Of a stretch of 64,000 bases of DNA, positions 38,853 through 50,967 are shown piece after piece (the first letter of the stretch is position 1; each line of letters opens with the position of its first letter). The translations under genes and the position numbers were made by a program. The notes beneath the pieces are model-generated. The model did not search any database. It was not told the origin of the DNA and saw nothing but the letters and a program-made list of their open reading frames with translations. Origin of the DNA: an uncultured delta proteobacterium (GTDB lineage Bacteria; Desulfobacterota; Syntrophia; Syntrophales; UBA2192); the NCBI GenBank assembly GCA_963705165.1, contig CAVPJD010000009.1, positions 69,666 through 133,665 of the forward strand, given 5' to 3'.

Positions 38853-39264
38853 GGCTCTCCGTCTCTCGTCTCATTTGAGACTGTTTTTCCTTTATCGTTT
38901 TTTGTAGGCGAGCCGTATCAAAATATACCTCATTACGTATGATTTTATCATTCGATATTTCAACAATATCCAAGCCATAATCAACAATTATGTCGTTATT
39001 AATAGGAAGGGACACCTTCCATTTCAATGTGAATCCATTTTCTGTTGGGAATATTTCAACACACTCATATTTCCAGTTGGGATAAAAACTTATAAAATTG
39101 CTAAAATATGTTAATATTTGCTTTTTCCCTTTTAGACCTTGAGGAATGAAAGGATCTGAATAGAAAGCATCATCTGAATAAAATGATATCAGCAATTCAG
39201 GTTTGTTACCCGTCCAAGCAGGCAACCATCGATTACAAAAATCTTTTGCTTTTTCCAATTCCAT
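38845..39264 (-). CDS. NTF2-like / SnoaL-like small protein (intact; ~35% GC)
   Basis: A 139-aa track ORF. The N-terminus FCNRWLPAWTGNKPELLISFYSDDAFYSDP is typical of SnoaL-like folds. A spot count gives 21/60 GC at 38881-38940. Its stop is 2 nt before the ABC stub ATG. Confidence 0.5.
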   Translation of the reverse strand: MELEKAKDFCNRWLPAWTGNKPELLISFYSDDAFYSDPFIPQGLKGKKQILTYFSNFISFYPNWKYECVEIFPTENGFTLKWKVSLPINNDIIVDYGLDIVEISNDKIIRNEVYFDTARLQKTIKEKQSQMRRETESHD

Positions 39265-39433
39265 AATCTTCTCCTTACATAAGTACGCGAAAGTAATTCA
39301 TGCTGCCGCTAACAATTACGTTGGAATATTGCATAACCTCAACGAATCTAAAAAACACACTTTCAGTGCGCCTCTTATCTTCCTGAAGCCTGATTCCCGA
39401 CTCCCGAAGCCCTCTTTTCGTCACTCCGCGACT

Positions 39434-39574
39434 GGATAGACCGAACAGACGGAATAGACTGAATAGACCAGATGCGGCCTTGCCACTTTGCCACCCTGCC
39501 ACTTCTTTACTGGTCACTGTGGCGTCAATCCTGTTCACTTTTGTCACGGATAAAGATCTGACCCCTATTTCCCC
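39434..39574 (+). repeat. Modular intergenic repeat, copy B
   Basis: It shares an identical 37-nt block, ATAGACCGAACAGACGGAATAGACTGAATAGACCAGA, with copy A. This is followed by GCGGCCTTGCCACTTTGCCACCCTGCCAC and a GGATAAAGATCTGACCCC tail. Confidence 0.8.
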
Positions 39575-39764
39575 TCTGATGATTGACGATTGTAATCGAC
39601 TATGCGAGGTTAAATCCCTTCTCTGCGCATTTCAGGAAGGAAGTTGCTACCCGACCGAAAATGACCTCGAAAAATTCCGTTCTGCGCACGACAAGGCCGC
39701 AACATTCAGTTGGGAATTGAACTGAGGTTTACCGCTTGAACTGTAGACACCAATAACGCTGTCT

Positions 39765-40688
39765 TTATCTTTTCTCATTCAAGAAACTCATGTAGGCCTT
39801 TGCGGTTTCTTCGGGCTTCTCAATCATGGGGCAATGGCCCGTGTCCTCATGATAACCGTCCTGAAATTCTTCAGATTCTTTTCCAGGAACACAACGCTCC
39901 CTACGTCCAGCATCTTGTCCTGATCCCCCCACAGGATCCGGACAGGCGCCTGAATCTGGGGCAGGACGGACGCCAGGGAAAACTGGAACAGGTTGGTATC
40001 GTTCCATATTTTCCTGTTGAACTCCATGTGGGCGATCCAATCCGCGACCAGGATTTTCTTGAAGGCTGGAGGGAAGGGGGGCATCTTCTCGTAAACCAGG
40101 GCCAGCAGCTTATCGACATCTTCGGGGTTGCCGGCCAGCAGCAGATTGTTGCCCTTCTCCAGTTGCAGGACGAACTCGCTTTTGTTTTCAACGGCGCTCC
40201 GGCCATATCCAACAGGGCAAGAGTCAGGACCTTCCCGGGGTGTTTTGCCCCGTAGGTGGCCGCGTATGCGCCGCCCATTGAATTGCCTGCCATGTGGAAT
40301 TTGTCGAGCTTGAGCACCTCCACAAACCGGTCGATGCGCCCAACCTGGCTCTCGACACCGTAATGTTCCGTCGGCACCTGCGAGCTTTCACCGAAGCCGG
40401 GCACATCGGGGATAACAAGGTGGTATCCCTTCAAGTACCTGGCGAAGGCGGTCCATTGGTCCTTGTAGCCGCCGAATCCATGAAGGAGCACGACGGTTTC
40501 CCCTGTTCCTCCTTCCAGGTAAACGATCCGGTGATTGTCGACCATGATGCATTCTTGACCAGATCGGCGGAGCGTCTCTGGGCATCGATCGCCAGTTTGA
40601 ACACCGTTTCCGGGAAAAGGAAGTAAAATGCCACACAGACAACAATGGCAACAACGACGATCAGTCCGTACTTTACGATTTTTTTCAT
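39765..40688 (-). pseudogene. Alpha/beta hydrolase with an N-terminal membrane anchor, broken by at least 3 frameshifts
   Basis: Four overlapping track ORFs tile one protein. They read MKKIVKYGLIVVVAIVV... (40431..40706), VLLHGFGG...HMAGNSMGG nucleophile elbow (39901..40545), ILWGDQDKMLD (39824..40084) and GHCPMIEKPEETAKAYMSFLNEKR (39765..40040). Confidence 0.7.
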
Positions 40689-40953
40689 TTTATTCCCTCC
40701 GGACATCGGACTTTTGGGCTTTCCGAAGGTTAGAGGTGGGTGTTTTGATTAACTGGGCTACAGAAGTGACATTTACAGAATGTTGATTTAGAAATACTCC
40801 TAAACTCATGGGTGGTCAAGAAGATAAAGGGTAATGGAGTATGGACTCCTCTCCAAATCATATAGGAGATTTGCATTTGTAATCAGGCATTCCTCGTGAA
40901 TATCCAAAAAACAAGACTCAGGAAGAAAGCGATACCACTGCAAAGCAGCCCGA

Positions 40954-41087
40954 CGGAACAGACCGAATAGTTCTTCTCCCACGACCAAATAGACAAAATA
41001 GACTAGATAGACGGAATAGACTAGAGAGTTGCCCCGCGGCCCGCTTGTTGCTTGTTGCTTCGCAAAATGCAAGTGTTCCGACCCGTC
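40954..41087 (+). repeat. Modular intergenic repeat, copy C
   Basis: The AGAC array is AAATAGACAAAATAGACTAGATAGACGGAATAGACTAGAGAG. It is followed by the hairpin CCCCGCGGCCCGC, then TTGTTGCTTGTTGCTTCGC, then AAAATGCAAGTGTTCCGACCC. Confidence 0.75.
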
Positions 41088-41146
41088 TTATACACGGCTC
41101 ACGAAAGTAAAAATGTAAAGTACGTCCCCAATCTCCCAATCTCCGC

Positions 41147-41213
41147 CGACCAAATAGACAAAATAGACTAGATGACGAAACAGACCAGAGAACTGCGAAG
41201 CGGCCTCAAGACC
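41147..41213 (+). repeat. Modular intergenic repeat, copy D (partial)
   Basis: It shares an identical 27-nt block, CGACCAAATAGACAAAATAGACTAGAT, with copy C (40982-41008). It ends in ...AACAGACCAGAGAACTGCGAAGCGGC. Confidence 0.75.
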
Positions 41214-41247
41214 TGATTCCATCTCTCTCCCATATCAGAAGGATGGT

Positions 41248-41921
41248 TTAGAATCCCAGCCAGCGAGTATTCTTGTCGAGAGATTCACGACCGTTCACCA
41301 GGGCATTCGCGGGAAAGTCCCAGTCCGGATATCCGATGGCAATGGCAATGATGATCTTCTTGTTATCCGGTATTTGTGCGATTTCCCGTACGGCTTCGGG
41401 ATACAACACCCCCTGGTCTTCAATGCAGGTGCCAAGCCCAAAGTGGAGTGCCGCCAGGCAAATATTCTGCATGGCCGCCCCGAGATCGAGCAGAGGCCCG
41501 CAATCGCTCAGGGATTTATCTGTCAGAAGAAGGATTGCGACCGGAGCGTCAAAGAAACGGAAACCCCGTTCCAGCCAGGCTGCTCTTTTCTTTTTGTCGT
41601 CCCTGGGGATATTCATAAGCTCAAAGAGTTCTTTGGCCAGTTCGATCTGTCGATTCCGGTATATGCTCTCGTTCGACCAGCTGACCGCTTCGTGCTCAGG
41701 ATGCGCCGCCTCTTTCTTGTTTAATTTCTCAACGATGGCAGTCCGCAGCCTGTTCAGAACATCACCCGTCAAGACAAGAAATTCCCATGGTTGCGTATTC
41801 ATTGCCGATGGGCGCCCTGCAGGCCGATTCCAGAATTTTGGTCAACATGTCCTTTGAAACAGGGTCGGATTTGAATCCTCTGATGCTTTTTTCTTTTGTT
41901 TATCGCATCAATAATGTTCAT
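41248..41921 (-). pseudogene. Nitroreductase family gene with two N-terminal frameshifts
   Basis: Track ORF 41248..41802 starts at ..MNTQPWEF. Upstream, ATG 41921 with an AAAGGAG RBS encodes MNIIDAINKRK. The protein continues as SIRGFKSDPVSKDMLTKILESACRAP only if the A6 run (T6 at 41887-41892 on the plus strand) is read as A5. A second shift is needed near 41800-41815. Confidence 0.75.
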
Positions 41922-42056
41922 ACTGTTTCTCCTTTAGCTATGCGGCTTGCGGCCAATGATAACCCTTTCCTTAATCTCTCCTTCGCCCGCCGAGGAAGGC
42001 GGTGTCGTGAGCAGCCATGGCGAGCTGCCATGGTTGAGCCGTGTCGAAAAACCCAC

Positions 42057-42208
<152 letters not shown>

Positions 42209-42234
<26 letters not shown>

Positions 42235-42935
42235 TACTTACCGTAACATTGACGGTGAGCGTTTGGCCGGAAGCCTCGACGATTTTAATTGCTGCACTTC
42301 CTGTTTGCTGGGCGCTAACCGCATATTGCTTGGCGCCGGTGGGTGAAATTCCCTGATATTGAACTTTGACGCAGTTATTGGATGCTGTAATCGTGAACGG
42401 CTCCTTCCCCCCATACAGACAGAATGCGTATTTTCCCCTTTATGTCGCTTAATATCAAATTGCTGTCCGTTATCACCGCCTGAAGTTTTGCGACTGCAGG
42501 CACGGGCCTTTCTTTGACGCGGATATAGGTAAATGTGGCCGTATTGCGGCTGTCCCGCACAGTAATATTGGCCAGACCGGGTTTATTGGCCGTGATGCGG
42601 CAGTTATTCTTGTCAACCTTGGTAATCGTTACGGCATTCTTGTTATGTTCCGTCACGGTATACGGCGGCGCACCGGCTGTCATATTCAGGGTGGCTGTTC
42701 CGCCGACATAAATTTCGCTAGCGGACAGCTTCAATTGCGGGCGTTGGTTCTCATTCGGTATGACCGTCACCTGCGCATTACCGCCCTTGCCCTGGCCGTT
42801 TTTACTTGCACCATAACCTTGCTGCCGAGACTGGACGAGACGCCTTTGAAGACAAAGGTATCCGCAGCGCCGGTACCGGTGACGGCAAGATTGGTGGAAA
42901 CTTGGGGTCAAATCTTTATCCTTGAATATTAAAAG
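42209..42935 (-). pseudogene. Remnant of a secreted protein with two Ig-like (Big-type) domains; at least 2 frameshifts and no identifiable start
   Basis: Track ORF 42375..42911 contains LKLSASEIYVGGTATLNMTAGAPPYTVTEHNKNAVTITKVDKNNCRITANKPGLANITVRD. After the C6 run at 42407-42412 the next frame reads YGGKEPFTITASNNCVKVQYQGISPTGAKQYAVSAQQTGSAAIKIVEASGQTLTVNVTV. Its stop at 42209-42211 lies inside repeat F. Upstream, a third frame reads NLAVTGTGAADTFVFKGVSSSLGSKV. Confidence 0.45.
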
Positions 42936-42963
42936 TACACGATGTTGAAGTTATTCAAACAAA

Positions 42964-43003
42964 AAAGCCCGACCAGAAGCTTACATCTCCCGAGTCGGGC
43001 TTT
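42964..43003 (-). terminator. Minus-strand terminator-like hairpin
   Basis: The stem is AAAGCCCGAC/GTCGGGCTTT with a 20-nt loop. On the minus strand it is followed by TTTTTTG. Confidence 0.45.
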
Positions 43004-43027
43004 ATGATCCCGCAAAAATTTCATTGT

Positions 43028-43119
43028 CCCCTCTGGTCTTTCTAGTCTGTCTAGTCTATTCGGTCTATCCAGTCTGTCTGGTCTATTTAGTTTGTTCGTT
43101 GATTTCGTTTGTTTCGTCG
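43028..43119 (-). repeat. Modular intergenic repeat, copy E (AGAC array in inverted orientation)
   Basis: The plus strand reads CCCCTCTGGTCTTTCTAGTCTGTCTAGTCTATTCGGTCTATCCAGTCTGTCTGGTCTATTT. Its reverse complement is ...AAATAGACCAGACAGACTGGATAGACCGAATAGACTAGACAGACTAGAAAGACCAGAGGGG. A GTTTGTTCGTT/GATTTCGTTTGTTTCGT tract follows. Confidence 0.75.
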
Positions 43120-43245
43120 AGAGAAGGCAAGTATTGTCTGTGTAAATAAGCTTGCCCGTACGGGCGGTTAGATGAATGTCTTGACAGGCGCGAGCTGTAA
43201 ATGCTAAATGCTGCCTCCTGGTATTGTAGAAACATGAGAATGGAT

Positions 43246-43360
43246 ATGCGCAAACACCTGGTCATCATATCGGCTGTTTTATTTTTCTTCGTGTCGCTGG
43301 CTCTTGCCCTGCATCACGACGATGCCCCCTTTCAGACAGTCACTTGTTCCATCTGCAAGG
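43246..43360 (+). CDS. 5' part of a small membrane protein ORF that is cut off at the composition junction
   Basis: MRKHLVIISAVLFFFVSLALALHHDDAPFQTVTCSICKVK, at ~45% GC. Candidate ATG starts are at 43234, 43240 and 43246. A weak TTGACA lies at 43181-43186. In the track the ORF runs straight into epimerase-like sequence (ORF 43201..43785). Confidence 0.3.
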
Positions 43361-44253
43361 TGAAGAACTCGTCTTCGCGCGAACAGGACTGGCCGGGCGA
43401 GGTCGAGCAACTGACGGGCGACCGCAACACCGGCACGCTCGACGCGTTGAAGAACCGCGCGTGGGACGTCTGCATCGACAACCCGACCACGCTGCCGTTC
43501 TGGGTGCGCGACGCCGGCCAGGTGCTCAAGGGCAAGGTCGGCCAGTACGTCTTCATCTCCACGCTGTCGGTCTATGCCGAGGAGAAAGAGGTGGGGGCCG
43601 ACGAGACGGCGCCGGTGGCCCAGTACCAAGGGGGCCGACCCGATGAAGGAGTCCCAGGAGACGCTGCGCGGCGACGTCGGCAACCTGTACGGCCCGCTGA
43701 AGGCCCTGTCGGAGAAGGAAGCCGAGCGGTGGTTCCCGGGCATCACGACCGTCATCCGCCCCACGCTCATCGTCGGACCCGGTGACGATTCGGACAGGTT
43801 CACCTACTGGCCCGTTCGCCTCAACCGCGGGGGCGACGTGCTCGCGCCGGGGGACGGCAGCGATCCGGTTCAGTACATCGACGCGCGCGACCTCGCCCAG
43901 TGGACCATCCGCATGGTCGAGTCCAGGACGCTGGGCACCTTCAACGCCGCGGGCCCCGACTTCGAGCTGACGATGATGGAGATGCTCTACGGCATCCGCG
44001 CGGCGACGACCGTGGCGTCGAAGCTCCACTGGGTGCCGACCAGTTTCCTGCGCGAGCAGAAGGTGCAGGCCTGGTCGGACATGCCCGGCGTGGGTGCCGT
44101 CGGAGCCCGACACGCGCGGGTTCAGTACGCGGAGCGTCAAGCGCGCCGTGGCGGCCGGGCTCACGTATCGGCCGCTCGCCCAGACGGCACTGGACACGCT
44201 GGCCTGGTGGAAGACGCTGCCCGCCGAGCGGCAGGCCGCCTTGCGCGCGGGCA

Positions 44254-45693
<1,440 letters not shown>

Positions 45694-45733
45694 GGCGGGT
45701 ACTCATCCCACACGTGAATGGGCCAACGACCAA

Positions 45734-47364
45734 TCAGCGGGTGGCGCCGAGACCGGCCATCAACGCCACGAGTGCCGGGGAAGGGTCGGGCCCCGTGCCC
45801 AGCGCGTGGTGCTCGCACGCCTCGTGAACCTTCATCAACTCCGCGTAGCGCGCCACGTTGGCCGCGTCTGGCACGACGCGACTGAGCGCTCGCCGGACGA
45901 CGAAGCCGTCGACGACCCCGGCCCAGTCCGCCGGCTCGCTGCGGTCCACGAGGTCCGCGTGATACGCCCGCAGCGCCGCCCCGAGCGACGCGGAATCGCC
46001 CACCTCGAGCTGGTGGACGTCCGCGCCGAAGACGTCGGCCATCACGCTGCAGCATGCCTCGATTCACCGCGGCGCCGCCGGTGGCGTGGATGGTGTCCAC
46101 GCGCACGCCCATCCAGCGGCAGTGCCGAGCCATCGCCATCATCTGCGCCTCGACGAGGGCGCGCACGTTGGCCGGGCCGTCGGTGTCGTGGAGGCCGTAG
46201 CGGCGGACGCCGGCGCGAGCACGCTCGGCGTGATCTCCGGCTTCGAACCACGGCAGCATGATGCGCCGCCGTTCCGGCGCGGGTTGCGTGCCGCAGCGCC
46301 CGGAGAATCCCGCCCAGTCGAGCCCGAATGCCTGCCGGACACGCTCGCGGGCCAGCGAGCCGTTCTTGAAGCAGATGAGGCCCATGTAGTCGCCGGTCGG
46401 CGAGCCGAACACGTGCCCCGTTCCGGACGGGTCCATGCGGGCCTCGGGCATGAAGCCGAAGACCGTGTCGCTCGTGCCGAGCGAGACGGCGATGCGCCCT
46501 CGCGAAGGAGACCGACGCCGACGAGGCTGCACGGGTTGTCGCCGGACCACGCGATCACCTTGGCCGGAGGAAGCCCGTATCGCGCGTCCAGTAGGGCGCG
46601 AGCGTGCCGACCACCGCCCGAGGGCGCCCGAATCGGCGGCAGCCTGCCGGCAAGGTCCGGGCCGTCGCTCGCAGCGCCGCCGGCGCCCACTGCCTCGCCG
46701 ATGTCCATCAGGTTCATGCCCGAGCCGTCGCCCGGCTCGATCGGCGCGTGGCCCCCGGCAAGCAGCGAGGCAAGAAACGAACTCACGAGGTGGATGCGCT
46801 CGGTGCGCGCGTAGCCGTCCGGGTCGGTGCGTGCGAACTTGCGGATCTGCGGCCCGGTGAAGCGCTCGAACGCCCGCGATCCGGTGAGCCGCGCGAGCGC
46901 GGCGTCGCCGCCCACGGCCGCGCTCGATGGCCCGGCAGTCCGCGGTGGTGCTGGAGTCCATCCAGATGGGCGAGCACCTCGCGCGAGAACAGGCCACGGA
47001 GCTGGACGGCCAGCGGTCGTGCGGGATCGAGGCGCGCGAGGGCGTCGCCGGCACCACGCGCCAGGTAGACGCTGCCGTGCTGCTGCGCCGGAGCCCGAGA
47101 TCGCCTGAAGGCCGGACAGGTCGATGCCGCTGTCCTTCAGCCCGGCATCATGGCATCCAGCGCGTCGGCCCACATGGCCGGCGGCGCCACGGCCACGAGG
47201 GGATCGGCACCCGGCGACACGCCGTGCCGCGTACCGTAAGCGGGCAGGGCGTCGTCGAAGCGCAGTGAGTGCCGGAAGACGACCTGGCGGCGGGGCCCAT
47301 CAATCTCGATGAGCGTGGCCGTCAGGCTCTGCGTGCTGGAGTCGAAGCCGAGATAGGTGGGCAT
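45734..47364 (-). pseudogene. FGGY-family carbohydrate kinase (xylulokinase-like), with several frameshifts
   Basis: ATG 47364 gives MPTYLGFDSSTQSLTATLIEID (the tail of ORF 47137..47886). Middle blocks such as [36 protein letters not shown] and [18 protein letters not shown] lie in ORF 46139..47173. The C-terminus lies in ORF 45734..46045. Confidence 0.65.
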
Positions 47365-47426
47365 GGGGGGTCGTTCGCGGAGCGCGGTGGGGGTCACGCG
47401 TGGCGGGGGATCACCCAGCGTGCGGG

Positions 47427-48950
47427 TCACGGCGCGGGCCGGCCACCCAGCCGCGACACCAGCGGCAGCAACACGAGGCCTGCTGCCGCCGCCAGCGTCC
47501 GGTACGGCCACAGCATCGCCCCGCCCGCGTCGTACCAGACGGCGGGATCGACCGCAACGAACCGCGCGGTCATCTCGGGGTAGGGGATGAAGGGTGCCGG
47601 CCCGAGCAGCGGCTCGCCCCCGCCCAGCCGAAGTACCAGCGACACGCCGAAGGCGACCATCGACGCCCTTCGCGTGGCGCGCGGGTCGTAGAGTGCGGCG
47701 ACCAGCTGCGGGAAGAGCAGCACGAACACGAGGTCCGACGTGAAGTCCCACAGCGCCTGCACGCTCTGCGCGCGCAGCGCGAGCACCGCCGCGACCGCAC
47801 CGACGACCAGCACGGCGAGCCGCACGGCGCGTGTCGTGCCCGCGGCGCCGAGCTCGCGTCCTCGCAGCGCCCGCAGGCCGTTCCAAATCGCCATCGACGC
47901 GGCCGAGAGCACCGACGCACTGAAGCTCGAGGTGACGGCGCCGACAATGGCGCTCAGGCCGAGCAGCGCGACCAGGGGCGGCGTGGCCTCACGCAACAAC
48001 AGGGGCAAGGCCTGGGCCGGGGTCGCGGCGAGTTGCGTGAGCGCCGGCTCGGTCCACGGGTACACCGCCGCGGCCACTCCCAGGATCAGCGGCGGCACGA
48101 CCAGGGCCATCGTCGCGAACCCGGCGACGATCGAGGTCCGCCGCGCATGCGCGGGAGACGAGCACGCCAGCACCCGTTGGAAATAGCAGTTCCATGGCAC
48201 GCCGCCCAGCAACAGCATCACGCTGAGGTCCCACCACGCCGTCACAGCTGGCAGCGTCCAATGCGCGCCGCCGAGGGTGACGGGCGGACCGAGTCCGCCA
48301 CGCTCGGCGAAGGTGGCGCGGTAGGCGCTCCACGTCGCGTCGAGCCCACCCGTGGCCGCGAGCACGAATGGCACGGCGAGGCACATCCCCACGCCGACCA
48401 GTGCGAGTTGCAGCACGTCGGCGTAGGTCACCGACCACAGTCCGCCCGCCATCGTGTAGGCGAGCACCGTCGCCGCCGCGACGAGCACCGCGACCTCGAA
48501 CGGGACGCCGAGCAGCGCCGCAGAGCTGGCGCCGATGGCAACCAGCAGCTCGGCGCTCCAGAACAGCTCGCCCATCACCGCCGGCACCGCGAGCACGGCG
48601 GCCCACGATCCGCCAAAGCGTTCCGCCAGGGGATCGATGAGGGTCGTGTAGCCCCGCGCGCGCATCCGGCCGGCGAAGCACGCGCCGCCGATCACCAGGC
48701 TGAGGCCGAAGCACACGCCGCCCTGCCAGCCCGAGGCGGGGCTCGACCGGAACGCGCCTTCCGCCGTGCCGAGCAGGTAGCCGCCATCCACCCACGTCGC
48801 CGTCATGGTGAGGACGGCCAGCCAGACCGGCAGCGCGCGACCGCCCAGGATGAGGTCCGACCGCCGGGCGCGCTTGGCGCCCTGCCACCCGAGCAGCAGG
48901 AAGGCGGCGAGCATGGCGGCGATGATGGCGGGCGCGGCGGCGGAGATCAC
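47427..48950 (-). CDS. Sodium:solute symporter (SSS) family transporter, intact
   Basis: A 507-aa uninterrupted polytopic ORF (LGGRALPVWLAVLTMTATWVDGGYLLGTAEGAF...). It lies directly upstream of the FGGY kinase on the same strand. Confidence 0.75.
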   Translation of the reverse strand: MISAAAPAIIAAMLAAFLLLGWQGAKRARRSDLILGGRALPVWLAVLTMTATWVDGGYLLGTAEGAFRSSPASGWQGGVCFGLSLVIGGACFAGRMRARGYTTLIDPLAERFGGSWAAVLAVPAVMGELFWSAELLVAIGASSAALLGVPFEVAVLVAAATVLAYTMAGGLWSVTYADVLQLALVGVGMCLAVPFVLAATGGLDATWSAYRATFAERGGLGPPVTLGGAHWTLPAVTAWWDLSVMLLLGGVPWNCYFQRVLACSSPAHARRTSIVAGFATMALVVPPLILGVAAAVYPWTEPALTQLAATPAQALPLLLREATPPLVALLGLSAIVGAVTSSFSASVLSAASMAIWNGLRALRGRELGAAGTTRAVRLAVLVVGAVAAVLALRAQSVQALWDFTSDLVFVLLFPQLVAALYDPRATRRASMVAFGVSLVLRLGGGEPLLGPAPFIPYPEMTARFVAVDPAVWYDAGGAMLWPYRTLAAAAGLVLLPLVSRLGGRPAP

Positions 48951-49107
48951 GGGGGAGGCCGGGATGGTGACCGGCGCAGCGTATCACCGTGCGGGCTGCG
49001 TATCCGTGCCGGTGCCGTGTCGTCGCGGCGCAGCGGGCTGGTCGGTCCAGCGTGCTGCTCGCTGGCCAGCCAAGGCGTGATAGCCTCCTGCCGCGAAGGA
49101 GCCGCGC

Positions 49108-50967
49108 ATGCCGACCAATGCGACGACCGCCACCGCCCGCGCCGAGGCATTCCTGCGCGATGCGGTCGAGTTTCGCCTTGGACCACTCGTGACCGAGGCC
49201 CCACACCCCCGGTCAACCGACCTGAGCCAGACCGCCAGGCAGGACGCGGCTGCTGGCCTCGGCGTCCTCTTCGACGTGGACCGTGACGTCTTCGAGACCT
49301 ACGACCGCTGGTCGCGCAGCGGCGAGCCCGAAGCCCTCCGCGACCTGGTGCTCGCATCGCTGGGCAAGGGCGGCCGCCTCTTCTTCACCGGGTGCGGCGC
49401 GACGGGTCGACTCAGCATCCAGCTGGCCTCGACCTGGCGAGCGTTCTGGCAGGATCGACGCCGCAGTGGCCGGGCGACGCCATCGCCCGACGTCTGGGAG
49501 CACCGCGCCTTCAGTGTGATGGCGGGCGGCGACTACGCGCTGATCAAGTCGGTCGAGGGGTTTGAGGACTTCGCCCCCTTTGGCCGCAAGCAGCTGGCGG
49601 AACTCGGGGTGGCGGCCGACGACGTGGTGTTTGCGATCACCGAGGGCGGCGAGACGTCCTTCGTGATTGGGACCGCCTGGCAGGGTCTCAGCGTGGGCGC
49701 GCGGGTGATCTTCGTCTACAACAACCCGGATGCCGTGCTCCGCGCCCACGTCACGCGGAGCCGCGAGGTGATCGACGAGCCGCGGATCCGCAAGGTCAAC
49801 CTCACCACCGGGCCGATGGCCGTGACGGGCTCCACGCGCATGCAGGCCACCAGCATCCAGTTGCTGGCCATGCTCACGGTGCTCGAGATGGTGCTCCGCG
49901 AGGTGTTGGTGCAGGCGGGGGTGGACGAGCCGGGGCCGTCCTCGGGCGAAGTACCCGAAGCGATGCGCGCGCGTTCGCGGCGCTGCACGAGACGTTGACG
50001 AGCGTTGCGGTGCGCGACGTGCTCGCTCGTCTGGTGCGGCGCCGAGGAGCACGTCTATCGCGCGGGTGCCGAACCTCGTACTTCGCGGACGCCCTGGCGT
50101 GGATGTCCTGACCGATACCACCGAGCGCAGCCCCACGTTCTGCACACCGTCCTTCCGCAAGTGGGACGATGACGAGGCGTCGGAGTCCTGGGCGTTCCTG
50201 TTCACGCCGGCGCCGACGACGCCCGAGGCCTGGACGCGTCTGCTCAGGCGGGCGCCCCAGACCATCCAGTGGAGCCGGAGGACCTGCGAGAACTGCTTGA
50301 CGAGGAGGCCGCCGAACGTCAGGGTGCGATTCTCGGCGAGATCGGCCTGCGTGAACTGCTGCGCTTCCGAATCGGCGTGGACGGCCTGCCGTATCGGCCG
50401 GTGCGCGCGGGCGACGGCATGACGGCGGTTGTGTGTGGAGAGGATCTAGCGCTGGTGGGAGACGGCGGCGTCTTCGCCCAGCAGCACGCTCGCGCGCGGG
50501 CCGGCGGCGCGCTGACGTCGATGATTGCCATCGGGCGCCCGGCTGCGCTCGCGCCTCTGGTCGCCACATCCGCTGCGCGTGCCAACGACGGCAGGACCCT
50601 CGCCGTCGCGGTGGCCGAGACGGCGTTGCTGCTCGACCCGCTCGTGCGAGTCGGCGCCAAGATGATCCTCAACGCGCTCTCGACCTGCACGATGGTCCGC
50701 CTCGGGCGCGTGCTGGGCAACCGCATGATCTGGGTGGTGCCGAGCAACCTCAAGCTGATCGATCGCTCGACGCGCTACATCCGCGACCTCGCATCGGTGT
50801 CCTACGAGGAGGCCTGCCGGTCCCTGTTCGAGGTCATCGACTACGTCGAGCCGAGACGCCGTGCGGGCCGGACCTATCCCGCTCCGGTGGGCGTGGCGAC
50901 GATGCGCCTGCGCCACGGGTTGAGCCTGGCGGAGGCGGAGGCGCGGCTGATTCAGGAACTCGGCTGA
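49108..50967 (+). pseudogene. SIS-domain sugar-phosphate isomerase/etherase-like protein (MurQ/GCKR superfamily), tiled over at least 3 frames
   Basis: ORF 49108..49998 reads GGRLFFTGCGATGRLSIQLAS...VVFAITEGGETSFVIG...VTGSTRMQATSIQLL. ORF 50066..50422 reads VDVLTDTTERSPTFCTPSFRKW. ORF 50269..50967 reads MILNALSTCTMVRLGRVLGNRMIWVVPSNLKLIDRSTRYIRDL. Confidence 0.5.

Noticed and set aside
39275-39725. ORFs 39275..39547 (-) and 39480..39725 (+) between the SnoaL-like gene and the hydrolase.
   Set aside because: Both read straight through repeat copy B, giving tandem-repeat-derived peptides such as ..GLFSLFRLFGLSS.. and ..LVTVASILFTFVTDKDLTP... They are most likely repeat translations, not genes.
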